A DNA stretch of 38,542 nt from Nemertoderma westbladi (lineage: Eukaryota; Animalia; Xenacoelomorpha): the NCBI GenBank assembly GCA_032718475.1, contig JAUCBJ010005235.1, forward strand, positions 1 through 38,542, written 5' to 3'. The first letter of the stretch is position 1. Every line of letters begins with the position of its first letter. The translations under genes and the position numbers were made by a program. Positions 1 through 13,400 of the stretch are shown piece by piece. The notes beneath the pieces were generated by a model. That model made no database searches, was not told where the DNA came from, and saw only the letters and a program-made list of their open reading frames with translations.

Positions 1-329
1 TAACATTATTAAAAAATACATTAGGTGAAATTGTTTCAGAGAAAGCTCTAACTTTTTGACACATGAAATTGCGGTGGATGCAATCAATAAAAATTAATCA
101 AAATCGGGACAATAATGTGGAATAATTCCAGACCACTTGAGACACAACGAATAATTAAATTAAAAGCAAATCGTGTCTCTTGGGAGTCCAAAGCAAATAT
201 ATCAAGGACCAAGAAATCCACCAACCATGACCCACATCCCTATATCAAGCAGCCGCCAAGCGCAACCAACGTAACTCCATCGTCAACGGTATTTGAATAT
301 ACCACGATAAGGTTAGTTCTACGTTCCGA

Positions 330-640
330 AATTGATCTCACGCTCACTTCACACAGGAGCAGAGGACAGAAACGAAAGAATCAACCAGGACGGAATGAGG
401 ACTCACACACGGCACATATCACGTACCATCGAACCACCGCGCCCTAGGAATTCCCTCCCCGGTACTCATATAGTCGGAGATCTAATTGCAATGTACGCCC
501 ACACATTACTGGACTGGGCACTGCACTGGGCAGGATACCAGCGGTGCACTGACGGCTGCCACATCGACATCCTCATTAGCAGAAGAAAGCAGGAAGTCTG
601 AAGAACAATATCACAGCCATTCAAAACACAAAATCTAATG
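330..640 (+). mobile_element. Possible decayed LINE AP-endonuclease fragment
   Basis: RTIEPP...HIVGDLIAM...CHIDILISRRK resembles the APE motif order YRPP / GDFNA / IDHIL, but the match is degenerate. Confidence 0.35.
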
Positions 641-1190
641 AGAGTTGGCCATGGCCATCAAATATATGAATGCTCACTGCACGCACTACCTACAATGTGT
701 CTGTATGATTTCAAAGGCTTAGTAGTTAGCATCAAGTACTCAAGAAACACAACACTCTAACTGTCTTGTACAATAATGTGAGATACACTACTTGGAACTG
801 GACCAGCCTCAAAATAAATATTCATAACATAACCCCGCCCGTCACACTGCAACTATTATTCGAAGGCATGGTCAACACGATCATATATAGCTCCTGACCT
901 TTATATCCACAACTCGAAAGCATAAAGGTGAAGAATAATTTATTATTATACTTGTTTGGAGGGCCGGTACTCGGGTTGCGCTTCATCGATGTGTGATGGA
1001 CTAATAATACCCATAAAGAATATTAATATGTAACTTAAGTACCAAAACCATTCAAACTACTTCACAAACCACACGCAAACATTATTACAAATTATATGAG
1101 TTCGTGGTATCAGCATTATTTTAATATTAATAGTGGCGGCAGCAGGGTTGAACAATAACGAACAAACAGTGGCAGTAGAAGTGCTAGGTT

Positions 1191-1560
1191 AGTGATAATG
1201 GACATCGGGAGCTATGGTAGTGATAATGGACATGGGGAGCTAGGGAAGTGTTAGTGATGGATGGTGAAGATTGCGACATTGGGAGCTAAGGTAGTGATGG
1301 GTGACATTGGGAGATAGGGAAATGCAGATATGGGAGGACTTTCGAAGCAATAAAAATTCAGCCGTCTCCAAAATTAATCGCTCCTGCTCCTTTCCCTAAA
1401 TTAAGAATTTAACATTGAGGCAGGATAGTAATCCGTCGAGATGGGATTTGCGTACAGTTTCCGCCACTATACGCGGGTAGTGATGGTGGACATTGTGAGC
1501 TATGGTAGTGATGTGTGATGGTTGACATTGTGAGCTATGGTAGTGATGGTTGACATTGGT
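1191..1560. repeat. Degenerate ~28-bp minisatellite interrupted by a dispersed repeat
   Basis: GGTAGTGAT(G/A)(G/A)TGGACATTGGGAGCTA-like units at ~1191-1330 and ~1476-1560. Confidence 0.8.
1383..1472 (+). repeat. Dispersed repeat fragment, copy 1
   Basis: CCTGCTCCTTTCC...AACATTGA...CGAGATGGGATTTGCGT.C.GTTTCC matches the reverse complement of 30221-30312. Confidence 0.75.
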
Positions 1561-4500
1561 AATTAGAAGCAGTGGTGTTGGACTAGTTGGAAGTGAACTT
1601 CCATGGTCGATAATGAAAAAAATATATAAAAATCCCTCTAGGAGAAAACTTTGATTTAAAAATATAAGAATTACTGATTATTATTATTGACGTCAGTCAA
1701 ATGTGTGCTACGGAAGTTTATAAGAAAACAAGATTCGTACATCATGAAATAATAAAATAAATACATTGTTAATTCGGTACATTAATTACATCTTAACGTC
1801 CGCAAACAAAAGCAAAACTCCCATTTACCGAAAACGTTCTGCGTATAAGACGAACGTGGGCGAAGGGGAATATGTCCTTCGTTTATTCCGCCCAAATAAA
1901 ACAGCTTCTGAGAAATACGACATTAACAGCGGGGAAACACACGTACATGTCGTCTTGTTAATTTCCATTACAGAAGGTTATTATTTTTTAATGACACACT
2001 TTACATGAGAAGTAGGGGGCAAACAGTGGGGAGCCGTGCTGTAGGCGTCAATTACTGAGATTGTAAGAATTCAAATAGAGCGCACAGTGTTATCATATTG
2101 ACAAAGTATATGGGGGGGGGGGGGGGGGACTAACAACGGCCATATCACCCTCGGGGTAAATAATTTAATTACAACCCAGCTTGACCTATTAATATTTTTA
2201 ATGTTTCGACATAATTATTATTCAATAAAAAGGCCCAGTCTTAGAGAAAACTATAGTAAATAATAATTAAATCCTATGTGTGAGTGAGAGTGATACTATT
2301 TCAAGACCTGGCTCAACTAAAAATAAGGTAAGATATCCGAATGAGTGATTTGAAATCATATTCTAATGAAGGGTTTCATTTCAAGACTATAACTACACAC
2401 CAAGATCTTCGGCACCCAAATCTGCTCTTCAGGGCAACACGATAGGATTTCTGTAAAGTTTTCAGCACATTCTCCCAAATGTGCCTGCCGAAAGGCAATG
2501 ACACCAGTGCAAACGGCAGAGGCGAACAATTTAAAAAGAAACTTAAAGAGTACAGATCAAGTGGGTATCGTTTGAAAACCAATCTCACTGGAGTATAATA
2601 AATACGCCTGTCCCTCTGTGTGGTAAGGTTAATATATTCATTGGCAACTGTAACATGAGCATTCTCGGAGGATAATAAATTCAGATCACTGTGCCCTATA
2701 GTCCATGCACGGCCTTGCTTCTCAAGACATGAATAATAGAAGCTGTTTTCAAGTTATCGCAAGTAACTGAAGAACGTATACTCCGTATTAGATAACTCCT
2801 CAAGGAATATACGCGTTTACGATCCCAACCCATAAACCAATTCCCGCGGATCCGAACACACGAAACCCAAGTTTCTCGTAAGTGGCAGTCGATACGGTTC
2901 CACATCAATTATTAGCTCCCTGATGCGAAGAACGAATGTAGGAGTTTATGATGCACGAAAACTACGGGGATGCGGGATATCTAACCACCCAGATACACAA
3001 CCGACGGATAGCTGGCGATAAGCAATAAATTACCAACAAAAGAAAGCAAGAACCTTATCTTATATAGTCTGGTTGCCTGACGGTAATTAACCCCCGGTAT
3101 TAGCCGGGGAGTCCTTAAACACCTTTATCAGATGTAGGAGACGGTGGAGGGACTTATGAGTGAGTTCCTGGAAAGCTCTCCATTAATATTATACTGCGCG
3201 ATCAATACAACGGGAAACCCAGTGGAGGGGGGTGGAGGGAGGTGGGGGGGGGGGGGGGGGGGGGGGGGGGTGGAGGGAGGTGATTTCGGGATAGAGAGTC
3301 GGAACGCAGCTGGCTGCCGCAGTTGTTATCCATCGCTAATGAAAGGCCGGCCATGCAGAAAGCTGCCCCCTATTGGCTCCAACAAATCATGGCGTATTAA
3401 GAGCTCACAGAATCCTAATGGATCGCAGGTGTCGGATGAATACGAAAATAGTAAGTCGGTAACTCTGTTGGACAGCATTCGAAAAGCAGACGAGGAAGAA
3501 ATAATGCTGGAATGATAGAGGAGGTTTTATGGTTGCCGGATTTATAATCCAAAGGATTATAAGAATGTTCCACGAGATTCATGTTAACTAGTGGTTTTTA
3601 ATTCCACATTTCAATGTCTCAAATATTGTCGCAGAAACTTGACGTGCGTCAAACTTGCGCGAAAACTATTAGCAACAGGGGGGGGGGGGGGGGGGGGAAT
3701 CATATTCCGCCATGGGATAACTGATTTTCGTTGGCGGTATAAATTCAGGCCGTAGGGGAAACTCAAATACACAAAACACCCAAAGTATGCGGTTAAGTCT
3801 GTCATGAACTTCATTCAGTCTAAAGTATAATAATAATTAAACCGATAAAATCACATAATAAGTTCCGTAAAGTGCTTAAAGGTTAAGTTGGAACAATAAA
3901 AATAAATATTATATATAAGAAATATATTTTACAAGAACTAGTTCTCATAAAAGATTCTCAAAAGATCTGCTATTTGTCAGACCTTGTCTATTTCAGCTGT
4001 CTGGTCTCGTTTCACTCGGTCAGTAAACCACTAGTGCTGCCATAGTTTTTAGACACGCCCTTTTACATTGATAAGTTTGATAGGCCATTTTCAGGAAGGA
4101 TTTAACTATATTGACATTGACATCCTTCCGTGCGAGCAGGTGGCGGGGATGGGTAGCAGATTAATAGCATATTCATCAGCGCGCACCGCTACAATGGCGC
4201 CGCTGTAATGGCACTGCTTTCTTCCAACCGGGAACTGCGCTAAATAAAATATACCATCAATAAGTAATTATGTTTACCAAGCGAAGCCCGTTTCCCGCGA
4301 CGCCACCACACACATTATTTCCCCCCGTACAATAAGCCATGATTTCCCCGGAGCATTGGGAACCATTAATTGCATTATTGTGACATCCCAACAATATATT
4401 TACGCATAGCAACGCAGTTTGAAATATATCGACTTTCAATGAAATTCCTAAAATTAACAGACCGACGACGGGCTAGGCCTATAGTCATGGCGTTGACAAT

Positions 4501-5629
4501 AATTAAGTTACTAAAGGCCTCAGCTACAGGCATAGCGGCGCATTGTGCGCCAAAATCGATCTGGGGGCAACACATGCGGAGCGCACAAATAAAATATTAA
4601 TAACGCCGACCAAATACTGTAAGATTAATCAATCACACGAACCATGTCCTCGAACTGGAGGGAAACCTATATGAATTATACATTGAGAGAGAATCCGACC
4701 CGGATAGATAATATACATATCGACGATGCTAAGAGGAATCGATATTGTCGAATTCCCGCTCATTCCCGGGCCCGAAATGTTCCAACACATACTCGAACGC
4801 ATTGAATAATTTTTGAGTAAGATTTTAGTGTAACCATGTCTCAAACAAAAATAACGTGTTAACAATAATATATATTACAGCCCTTGAATAATAAGCGCTG
4901 TATAGAGATCAGCTTCACGTCATAACGGTTTTACGTACATTAATTAATTGTGAAGTATTTAACACTATTTTATTGAAAGTAAATAAGTTTAAATTCGATA
5001 ATATTTACGTTAAAACGAAAGGAGCATATTTTTGCTTTGATTACGGCATGGTGGATCCGGTGGAAGTCACACGTATTATGCTTCGAAATTCTCCAACAAC
5101 CGCAGGACAAATAATTTCCAATTATAAAATCATCGGGTGAAGTCCTAGATAAGAGGAAATTGAAAGAGTTCCAAGAGATAAAGTCGATGCTGGGGGCATA
5201 CAAACCACTCAGCACAAAATGGTTCGTCAACATCAGAAATCAATCAATTTGTAAGAAATAATAAAGAAAGGGGCGTTGACCTTAAGGTCACACACTTACA
5301 CAATGATACGCAACTGTGAACCGCAACCACTTAGTAACTAATCTATGTACAATAACTAACTATATGTACAACGTGAGGGGTGCAGGATATAAATATTAAT
5401 GAGGTTTTTGCTATAGCCTATGGGAACAAATGCAAAATTCATAATTAAAAGTAAAACTCAATATTTTCTCTTAGTGAACACGAATTTATTCATAGAATGG
5501 AATTCAATAAATAATAAATCCTGAATAAAGACTGATGTCCATAAATTTGAAGGAATTGCATATGATATTAATGATATCCGTACTAACGTCAGTGTCAAGT
5601 ATACAGAGAATGTAAAATGTAACGCAGAT

Positions 5630-7125
5630 CTTACTTGGGACAAAGAACAATGACCCCAGTGGAGTAGATTGTGTTCCCCCTGAGGTCTTTAAAATACCTG
5701 AGTGTTTAAAGCTCATCTATCCCATCATAGTAGACATGTACCGAACAACAAGAGTCCCACAAGAAATGAAAACAAATAAGTTGGTGCCAGTTCCCAAGAA
5801 GGGCAACCTAACACTCTATGGTTCTTTTCGGGGAATCTCATTGATCTCGATTGCTGCAAAGCTATACAATAGAATTCTATTAAATCGCATCAGTGATCCC
5901 ATTGAGAGACTGCTCCGTGAAAATCAGAATGGGTTCCGTAAAGGTCGTGGGACCATGGAGCCCATTTTGGCACTTAGAAGGATAATTGAAGAGTTATCAA
6001 AAAAGAAAGACAGGCATCTGGCTGTTATCTTTGTTGACTTCTTCAATGCCTTTGATTCAGTCTCTCGCTCACGTATGTTCAGCAACTTTCATTATATGGG
6101 ATTCCTGATGAAATTATTGCGCAATCAGATAAGTATACGATGGTTCGACAAAATTTGTGTCTACTGTTGATGGTGACACAGAACTATTTGAAGTGTTATG
6201 GGGCGTCCTCCAAGGAGACACACTTGCACCATTCTTGTTCATAATTGTGGTTGACTGTTCTACGCATGTCCTTAGATCATCATAATGATGATGGGGTAAT
6301 GGTAACTCCACCTACTGGCTCCAGAAGTCGAGGAAATCCTGCCAAATACCTAACTGATCTAGACTTTGCTGATGACTTAAGAGTACTCTCAGAATCACTA
6401 GAGGGAGCCCAACGGCTCCTCAGCTCATTAGAACATGCTGCTTCTAGTGTTGGTCTTTTTATTAACTCCAAAAGACCAAAATTTTGACAGTTAACTTTGA
6501 AAGTCCTCGGCAAGTCTCTGACCGGATGAGCATAAGCTCAAAGGATGGTATGCTTAAGCATGTGGACGACTTCTGTTACCTGGGATCATTGATCCGGAAG
6601 TCAGATGAGGACCTTCGAATACGCAAGGGAAAGGGATGGGCAACCTTGAATAGGCTTTCCAGGATTTGGAAGTTACAGAAAATTAATCGGAAACTTAAGG
6701 TCCGATTATTTAGAGCAGCAGTAGTTCCAGTACTCCTCTATGGGAGTCCATGCTGGGCTCTAACTGTCTGAGGATACCAAATCTCTGGATGGCACATTCA
6801 CAAGAATGCTACGCCGGGTTCATTGTGTCAAGTACAATGCACACATCTCCAACCAGACACTATATAACATTGGAGGTGTTTCATTGGATATTATTATTAT
6901 ATATTATTATTATTATAGATTATTATTTCATATATTTCAACATTGGAATGTTTTCGCCGTGAGGACCAGCCAGTGCATAATCTTGTGCTTTGGCAGCCTC
7001 CTGGAGTGAATAAGCATGGTGGATAGCCCATGACTGCGGCGGCGCAATTTTGTCGACAAGCCGGCACAGCATTCTTAAAAATACAGCTGCAATGCAGCAT
7101 GCCGATACTAGTAGTAGTAGTAGTA
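5630..7125 (+). mobile_element. Degenerate RTE-like non-LTR retrotransposon, antisense to mex3
   Basis: PKKGNL...FRGISL, QNGFRKGR, FVDFFNAFDS, GVLQGDTLAPFLF, TDLDFADD, FCYLGS, LLYGSPCW and later NLVLWQP across several frameshifts. (TAG)n tail at ~7109-7125. The 5' boundary is approximate and no TSD was found. Confidence 0.92.
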
Positions 7126-7448
7126 CCCCTCTCCACGGGCTGCGATACGTCACGCCGTCCTCACACGCTACGCTACGCGACTAAAACACAACGCTGATAA
7201 TTATTGTTCGCTCTAAGTATCCATGAAAGTTAGCCGTATAGTAATGCTATTGCTTTACGGCGGCTGAGCTTTATAATGCTATGACGTTTCGTTCGAGATA
7301 ATTATTATGTAGTTACATCCCAAATCGCATCGCAACTAACTAAAGTTATCGCTGGCACCACATCGGCTAATAAGTAACGATAATTTATGGATATTATTAG
7401 CATTGGGTTAAAAAAGTTCGGTTCATCAAATTAATAAAATTAACTTAC

Positions 7449-7634
7449 CTAAAGGGTCTGAGAGTATACGACGGATGGAGGTATGATCCGCTGAGACCGG
7501 AGGTAGACAGGTCCCAGGGGACAGGAGAGGTGTAGTGGAGCCGAGACTATTAGTTCGACGGACCCAGTCCGAGGACTGGGAAGAGAAGTGGGAAGTCGGT
7601 GGTCCCAGGTTGGTGGGACTAAACCCTGAGAAAT
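7449..7634 (-). CDS. mex3: Probable MEX3 coding exon 5 (Ser/Pro-rich)
   Basis: Strong acceptor TTTATTTCCTTCCTTCCAG|AT and donor TTA G|GTAAGT. 186 nt, open, phase 1 to 1. Peptide DFSGFSPTNLGPP...HTSIRRILSDPL. RRILSDP resembles the RRxxSDP motif I recall from vertebrate MEX3B. Confidence 0.8.
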   Translation of the reverse strand: MSQGLVPPTWDHRLPTSLPSPRTGSVELIVSAPLHLSCPLGPVYLRSQRIIPPSVVYSQTL

Positions 7635-7692
7635 CTGGAAGGAAGGAAATAAAGTGTCTATATTCGTGGGTTGGAGAAACAGAAGTGGAGGG

Positions 7693-7850
7693 CAAACAAC
7701 ATTCACGCCCATAAACAACAGTACACTACTACATACATAATTACACGACAACAAACAGCAACAACTGCAGTACACAACAACAAACATCAGTACACGACCA
7801 CAGACATCAGTACACCCACAAACAGTTGTACACGACCACAAACAAGTTGC
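7693..7850. repeat. AC-rich low-complexity tract (UG-rich on the mex3 sense strand) just upstream of the exon 5 acceptor
   Basis: ACAACA/CAGTACAC repeats, including ACATCAGTACAC and ACACGACCACA duplications. Confidence 0.7.
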
Positions 7851-10456
7851 AAAACGTGATAAAAATAGTTTCCTAGTGGTGGGAGGAAAGGCAAAAAAAA
7901 TAATATATTCCAATAAATAACGGGGGGGGGGGGGATTATAGTTACTAATTTACTGTATGAATAAATATAATCCTTAAAACCGTACCACCGACTGTTTAAT
8001 AATACGTTATTTATTGTCTTTTGATGGAATTGGGTATCATAAATCCACCTATGCTGGAATGCCGAGCTAATTATTATTAATGCCATATATTTAATAGTGT
8101 CATTTAAAATAGCAGAATGCTATCATAGTATAATTAATTTTTTGGGAGGTATACTACCCTATGCTATAATAAAAGGTAAATTGTACCTTGGAGAATTATT
8201 ATTGTTGAGAGAGCGAGCGCTGTAGGGTAAATAGCAGGACAGTGCTCAGCTTCGCTTCAGTGGATTTGGGTAAAATAATTACTATGTCTGGAGCCCTCTG
8301 AGACTACAGGTAAAATCTCAAACCCACAGGAAAGCTAAGCAAGTTTGGAAAATATAAAAAGATTGCTTGAGGCTGACAATTCCCAAACACTCGACTACCT
8401 GTCTATGGGGAATGAGGCCTATTCTAGGGTAGGAGACTATAAGTAGAATATGAGGTTTGATTGACAGGGCCTCAAGGTTGCTTACAGATAGGGGATGGGG
8501 TAATAGATAAGCCAGGCAGGAGTAATCGAAGGTGATGGGCAGTGACAGGTTAGAAGATGAGATATGCCGTAAGCAACAAAAATATGTAGGAGAAATGAGT
8601 CATATAATAATAATTCATAAAGTCCGGATTCAAAAATATGTACAGTCCCTCCAATAGTCTGACTCGGGAATTATTTGAAGTTCTGGATTTCCAGGGCATG
8701 CTTTCAACAAAAAGAACATATTGGTTGGTTGGGAACTTGTAATGGTAAATGTTAGATCAATGTGCTCGCCTTGCGCTTGCGCTTAGTTTTATATGAAAAC
8801 AACATAATTTAGTTATGTTGAACAAAAACTTATAGTTGTTTGTTTGTTGAGCTGTCGTGTCCAATGGACGGCACTTATACTTCTTCTGGGCCAAATTGGC
8901 GTATTACCGTGTCCGTCTGTCTGTCAGTCCGACTGCTTGACTGGCTCTGACAATGTAGAGATTTACGGCCATGGGGGGATTTCAAAAAACGAGATTAGAG
9001 TTTAGTTGAGTTTCAGCTCAATATCTAGTGTATTGGAATATACTAAAACTTTATACTAAAGTTTTTTCGACGGCCGAGTTCCCATAACATGTTAAACATA
9101 TTTCAAGACGCCGGCAACGTTGCAATGCAATGAGTGCGTTGCAAATCAATTTGCTCGACTTCCGAGAAACCAGAATTAATCGACCGTAGAATAACATGAT
9201 GACCGTTGCTGAGATGCCAGTGCAGTATAGTAAACACAGACATACAGGCGTGTATGCTGCGTAAATCAATAACATACTCAAAGAAACAATTCCATAACAA
9301 AAAAACATTTCCGGTAAAATCGCGCGAACTAATCAATAAAAATTGTCGACACACACGAAATAAATCACCACGCCAACATTATAATGTAAAAAAATGCTGT
9401 GTGCATCTCGTAATGCGCCCCCTAACGGGTTAATTGAGAACCTAGACTTCACTTACTGTTATAGACAACTCACACGTCGTGAAACGTCAAAGGTTAATCC
9501 AGTGATATAAGGTTAGTTAGTTAGTATGTGCGACAGAGAGAAGGCCTCCCCGGGGTATATAACTATCTCTGTCTCTCTGAGGAAATAAAGTAACCCGTGA
9601 CTAAAAGCCTGGTCGAAACATATTAAGTGCATCGGCCAAATGAATTGGGTTCATTAGTATTGCGGGGGGCGACCGGCGGGGAAATGGAAATGGGCCGAGA
9701 TCACGGCCGTGTCATTCAATCAGGACTAATGGACAATGGCCATACAACGCAAACCAAATGGCAAACTAGATTTACTTTATTGGCAGGCTAAATACCAAGG
9801 GAAAAAATACTTGAAATAGCCCATTCAAGGAAGCGAGGTTGCATCTTTTCATCTATGAAATCCACGCAAGTTCAACAATAAGCTAAAACAAATACGGCCC
9901 GGTGGAATTTTCACTGCGGCAGTATATATAAGGTTAGAATGTAGGTGGGCATCTTACTCAAACTTTTATTCAAGGAGGCTTAATGGAGCGGGAATGACAA
10001 TTAGAGAGAACGCGCCACATCTGAGACCAGAGAGGAACTGCGTTTACTTTAGCCGAAGTTTGATTACATTACAGGCATGGTGGACAGGAAGTAGTTTCAA
10101 TGTGAGCATAAGGCCGACTAAAATAATAATAAGTGGCATTCATTTCCCATATGGCCATTTATACTGAGCGGGTCCGTGGGTGGGGCTATGGGGAGTGAGA
10201 GTTGGTATAAAAGAGTTAAGAGCCTTCTATATGGGAATCCATACAACTATTATTGACAAGCTACAAGCTTTAATGATACATAACGTACGTACACTAACTA
10301 CACTATTTTTATTTTTCGAGGCGTATTTCAAACACCCGGTATGTAATTGGTATAACGAATGATAAAAAAAATCTATGACAAAATCGCTCTTGGATTGAGC
10401 ATTAATAACTATATATATACGAAGTTTAACATAAACCAACCTGCTATCTAAAAAAT

Positions 10457-13400
10457 ATAATAAATACCGTCGGTGCATGTACCTTACCTTCAGTTAAATA
10501 ATAAATACCGTCGGTGCATGTACCTTACCTTCAGTTCAATAATAAATACCGTCGGTGCATGTACCTTACCTTCAGTTCAATAATAAATACCGTCGGTGCA
10601 TGTACCTTACCTTCAGTTCAATAATAAATACCGTCGGTGCATGTACCTTACCTTCAGTTCAATAATAAATACCGTCGGTGCATGTACCTTACCTTCAGTT
10701 CAATAATAAATACCGTCGGTGCATGTACCTTCCTTACCTTCAGTTCAATAATAAATACCGTCGGTGCATGTACCTTACCTTCAGTTCAATAATAAATACC
10801 GTCGGTGCATGTACCTTACCTTCAGTTCAATAATAAATACCGTCGGTGCATGTACCTTACCTTCAGTTCAATAATAAATACCGTCGGTGCATGTACCTTA
10901 CCTTCAGTTCAATAATAAATACCGTCGGTGCATGTACCTTACCTTCAGTACAATAATAAATACCGTCGGTGCATGTACCTTACCTTCAGTTCAATAATAA
11001 ATACCGTCGGTGCATGTACCTTACCTTCAGTACAATAATAAATACCGTCGGTGCATGTACCTTACCTTCAGTTCAATAATAAATACCGTCGGTGCATGTA
11101 CCTTACCTTCAGTTCAATAATAAATACCGTCGGTGCATGTACCTTACCTTCAGTTCAATAATAAATACCGTCGGTGCATGTACCTTCCTTACCTTCAGTT
11201 CAATAATAAATACCGTCGGTGCATGTACCTTACCTTCAGTTCAATAATAAATACCGTCGGTGCATGTACCTTACCTTCAGTTAAATAATAAATACCGTCG
11301 GTGCATGTACCTTACCTTCAGTTCAATAATAAATACCGTCGGTGCATGTACCTTACCTTCAGTTCAATAATAAATACCGTCGGTGCATGTACCTTACCTT
11401 CAGTTCAATAATAAATACCGTCGGTGCATGTACCTTACCTTCAGTTCAATAATAAATACCGTCGGTGCATGTACCTTACCTTCAGTTCAATAATAAATAC
11501 CGTCGGTGCATGTACCTTACCTTCAGTTCAATAATAAATACCGTCGGTGCATGTACCTTCCTTACCTTCAGTTCAATAATAAATACCGTCGGTGCATGTA
11601 CCTTACCTTCAGTTCAATAATAAATACCGTCGGTGCATGTACCTTACCTTCAGTTCAATAATAAATACCGTCGGTGCATGTACCTTACCTTCAGTTCAAT
11701 AATAAATACCGTCGGTGCATGTACCTTACCTTCAGTTCAATAATAAATACCGTCGGTGCATGTACCTTACCTTCAGTTCAATAATAAATACCGTCGGTGC
11801 ATGTACCTTACCTTCAGTTCAATAATAAATACCGTCGGTGCATGTACCTTACCTTCAGTTCAATAATAAATACCGTCGGTGCATGTACCTTCCTTACCTT
11901 CAGTTCAATAATAAATACCGTCGGTGCATGTACCTTACCTTCAGTTCAATAATAAATACCGTCGGTGCATGTACCTTACCTTCAGTTAAATAATAAATAC
12001 CGTCGGTGCATGTACCTTACCTTCAGTTCAATAATAAATACCGTCGGTGCATGTACCTTACCTTCAGTTCAATAATAAATACCGTCGGTGCATGTACCTT
12101 ACCTTCAGTTCAATAATAAATACCGTCGGTGCATGTACCTTACCTTCAGTTCAATAATAAATACCGTCGGTGCATGTACCTTACCTTCAGTTCAATAATA
12201 AATACCGTCGGTGCATGTACCTTACCTTCAGTTCAATAATAAATACCGTCGGTGCATGTACCTTCCTTACCTTCAGTTCAATAATAAATACCGTCGGTGC
12301 ATGTACCTTACCTTCAGTTCAATAATAAATACCGTCGGTGCATGTACCTTACCTTCAGTTCAATAATAAATACCGTCGGTGCATGTACCTTACCTTCAGT
12401 TCAATAATAAATACCGTCGGTGCATGTACCTTACCTTCAGTTCAATAATAAATACCGTCGGTGCATGTACCTTACCTTCAGTACAATAATAAATACCGTC
12501 GGTGCATGTACCTTACCTTCAGTTCAATAATAAATACCGTCGGTGCATGTACCTTACCTTCAGTACAATAATAAATACCGTCGGTGCATGTACCTTACCT
12601 TCAGTTCAATAATAAATACCGTCGGTGCATGTACCTTACCTTCAGTTCAATAATAAATACCGTCGGTGCATGTACCTTACCTTCAGTTCAATAATAAATA
12701 CCGTCGGTGCATGTACCTTCCTTACCTTCAGTTCAATAATAAATACCGTCGGTGCATGTACCTTACCTTCAGTTCAATAATAAATACCGTCGGTGCATGT
12801 ACATTACCTTCAGTACAATAATAAATACCGTCGGTGCATGTACCTTACCTTCAGTTCAATAATAAATACCGTCGGTGCATGTACCTTACCTTCAATTCAA
12901 TAATAAATACCGTCGGTGCATGTACCTTACCTTCAGTTCAATAATAAATACCGTCGGTGCATGTACCTTCCTTACCTTCAGTTCAATAATAAATACCGTC
13001 GGTGCATGTACCTTACCTTCAGTTCAATAATAAATACCGTCGGTGCATGTACCTTCCTTACCTTCAGTTCAATAATAAATACCGTCGGTGCATGTACCTT
13101 ACCTTCAGTTCAATAATAAATACCGTCGGTGCATGTACCTTACCTTCAGTTCAATAATAAATACCGTCGGTGCATGTACCTTACCTTCAGTTCAATAATA
13201 AATACCGTCGGTGCGTGTACCTTACCTTCAGTACAATAATAAATACCGTCGGTGCATGTACCTTACCTTCAGTTCAATAATAAATACCGTCGGTGCATGT
13301 ACCTTCCTTACCTTCAGTTCAATAATAAATAACGTCGGTGCATGTACCTTACCTTCAGTTCAATAATAAATACCGTCGGTGCATGTACCTTACCTTCAGT

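Noticed and set aside
3290-3515. GC-richer segment with a minus-strand acceptor and an FCM triplet, tested as the terminal mex3 exon
   Set aside because: The phase-1 frame gives a short unrelated peptide and no frame has RING cysteine spacing.
4257-4439. 60-aa Cys/Gly ORF with a hydrophobic N-terminus, resembling a secreted peptide
   Set aside because: Short, with no recognisable family and no supporting splice or promoter context.
8330-8600. Possible minus-strand LINE endonuclease remnant
   Set aside because: Only a vague resemblance, with no catalytic motif readable.
8846-9100. GTCCGTCTGTCTGTC tract suggestive of a Helentron/HINE-type element
   Set aside because: I could not identify the subterminal inverted repeats or 3' hairpin needed to support the call.
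9958-10117. Exon-like segment (TTTTAG acceptor, GTAAGA donor, SCPPCL motif) as a possible RING remnant
   Set aside because: It has stops in all three frames and lacks the other RING ligands.
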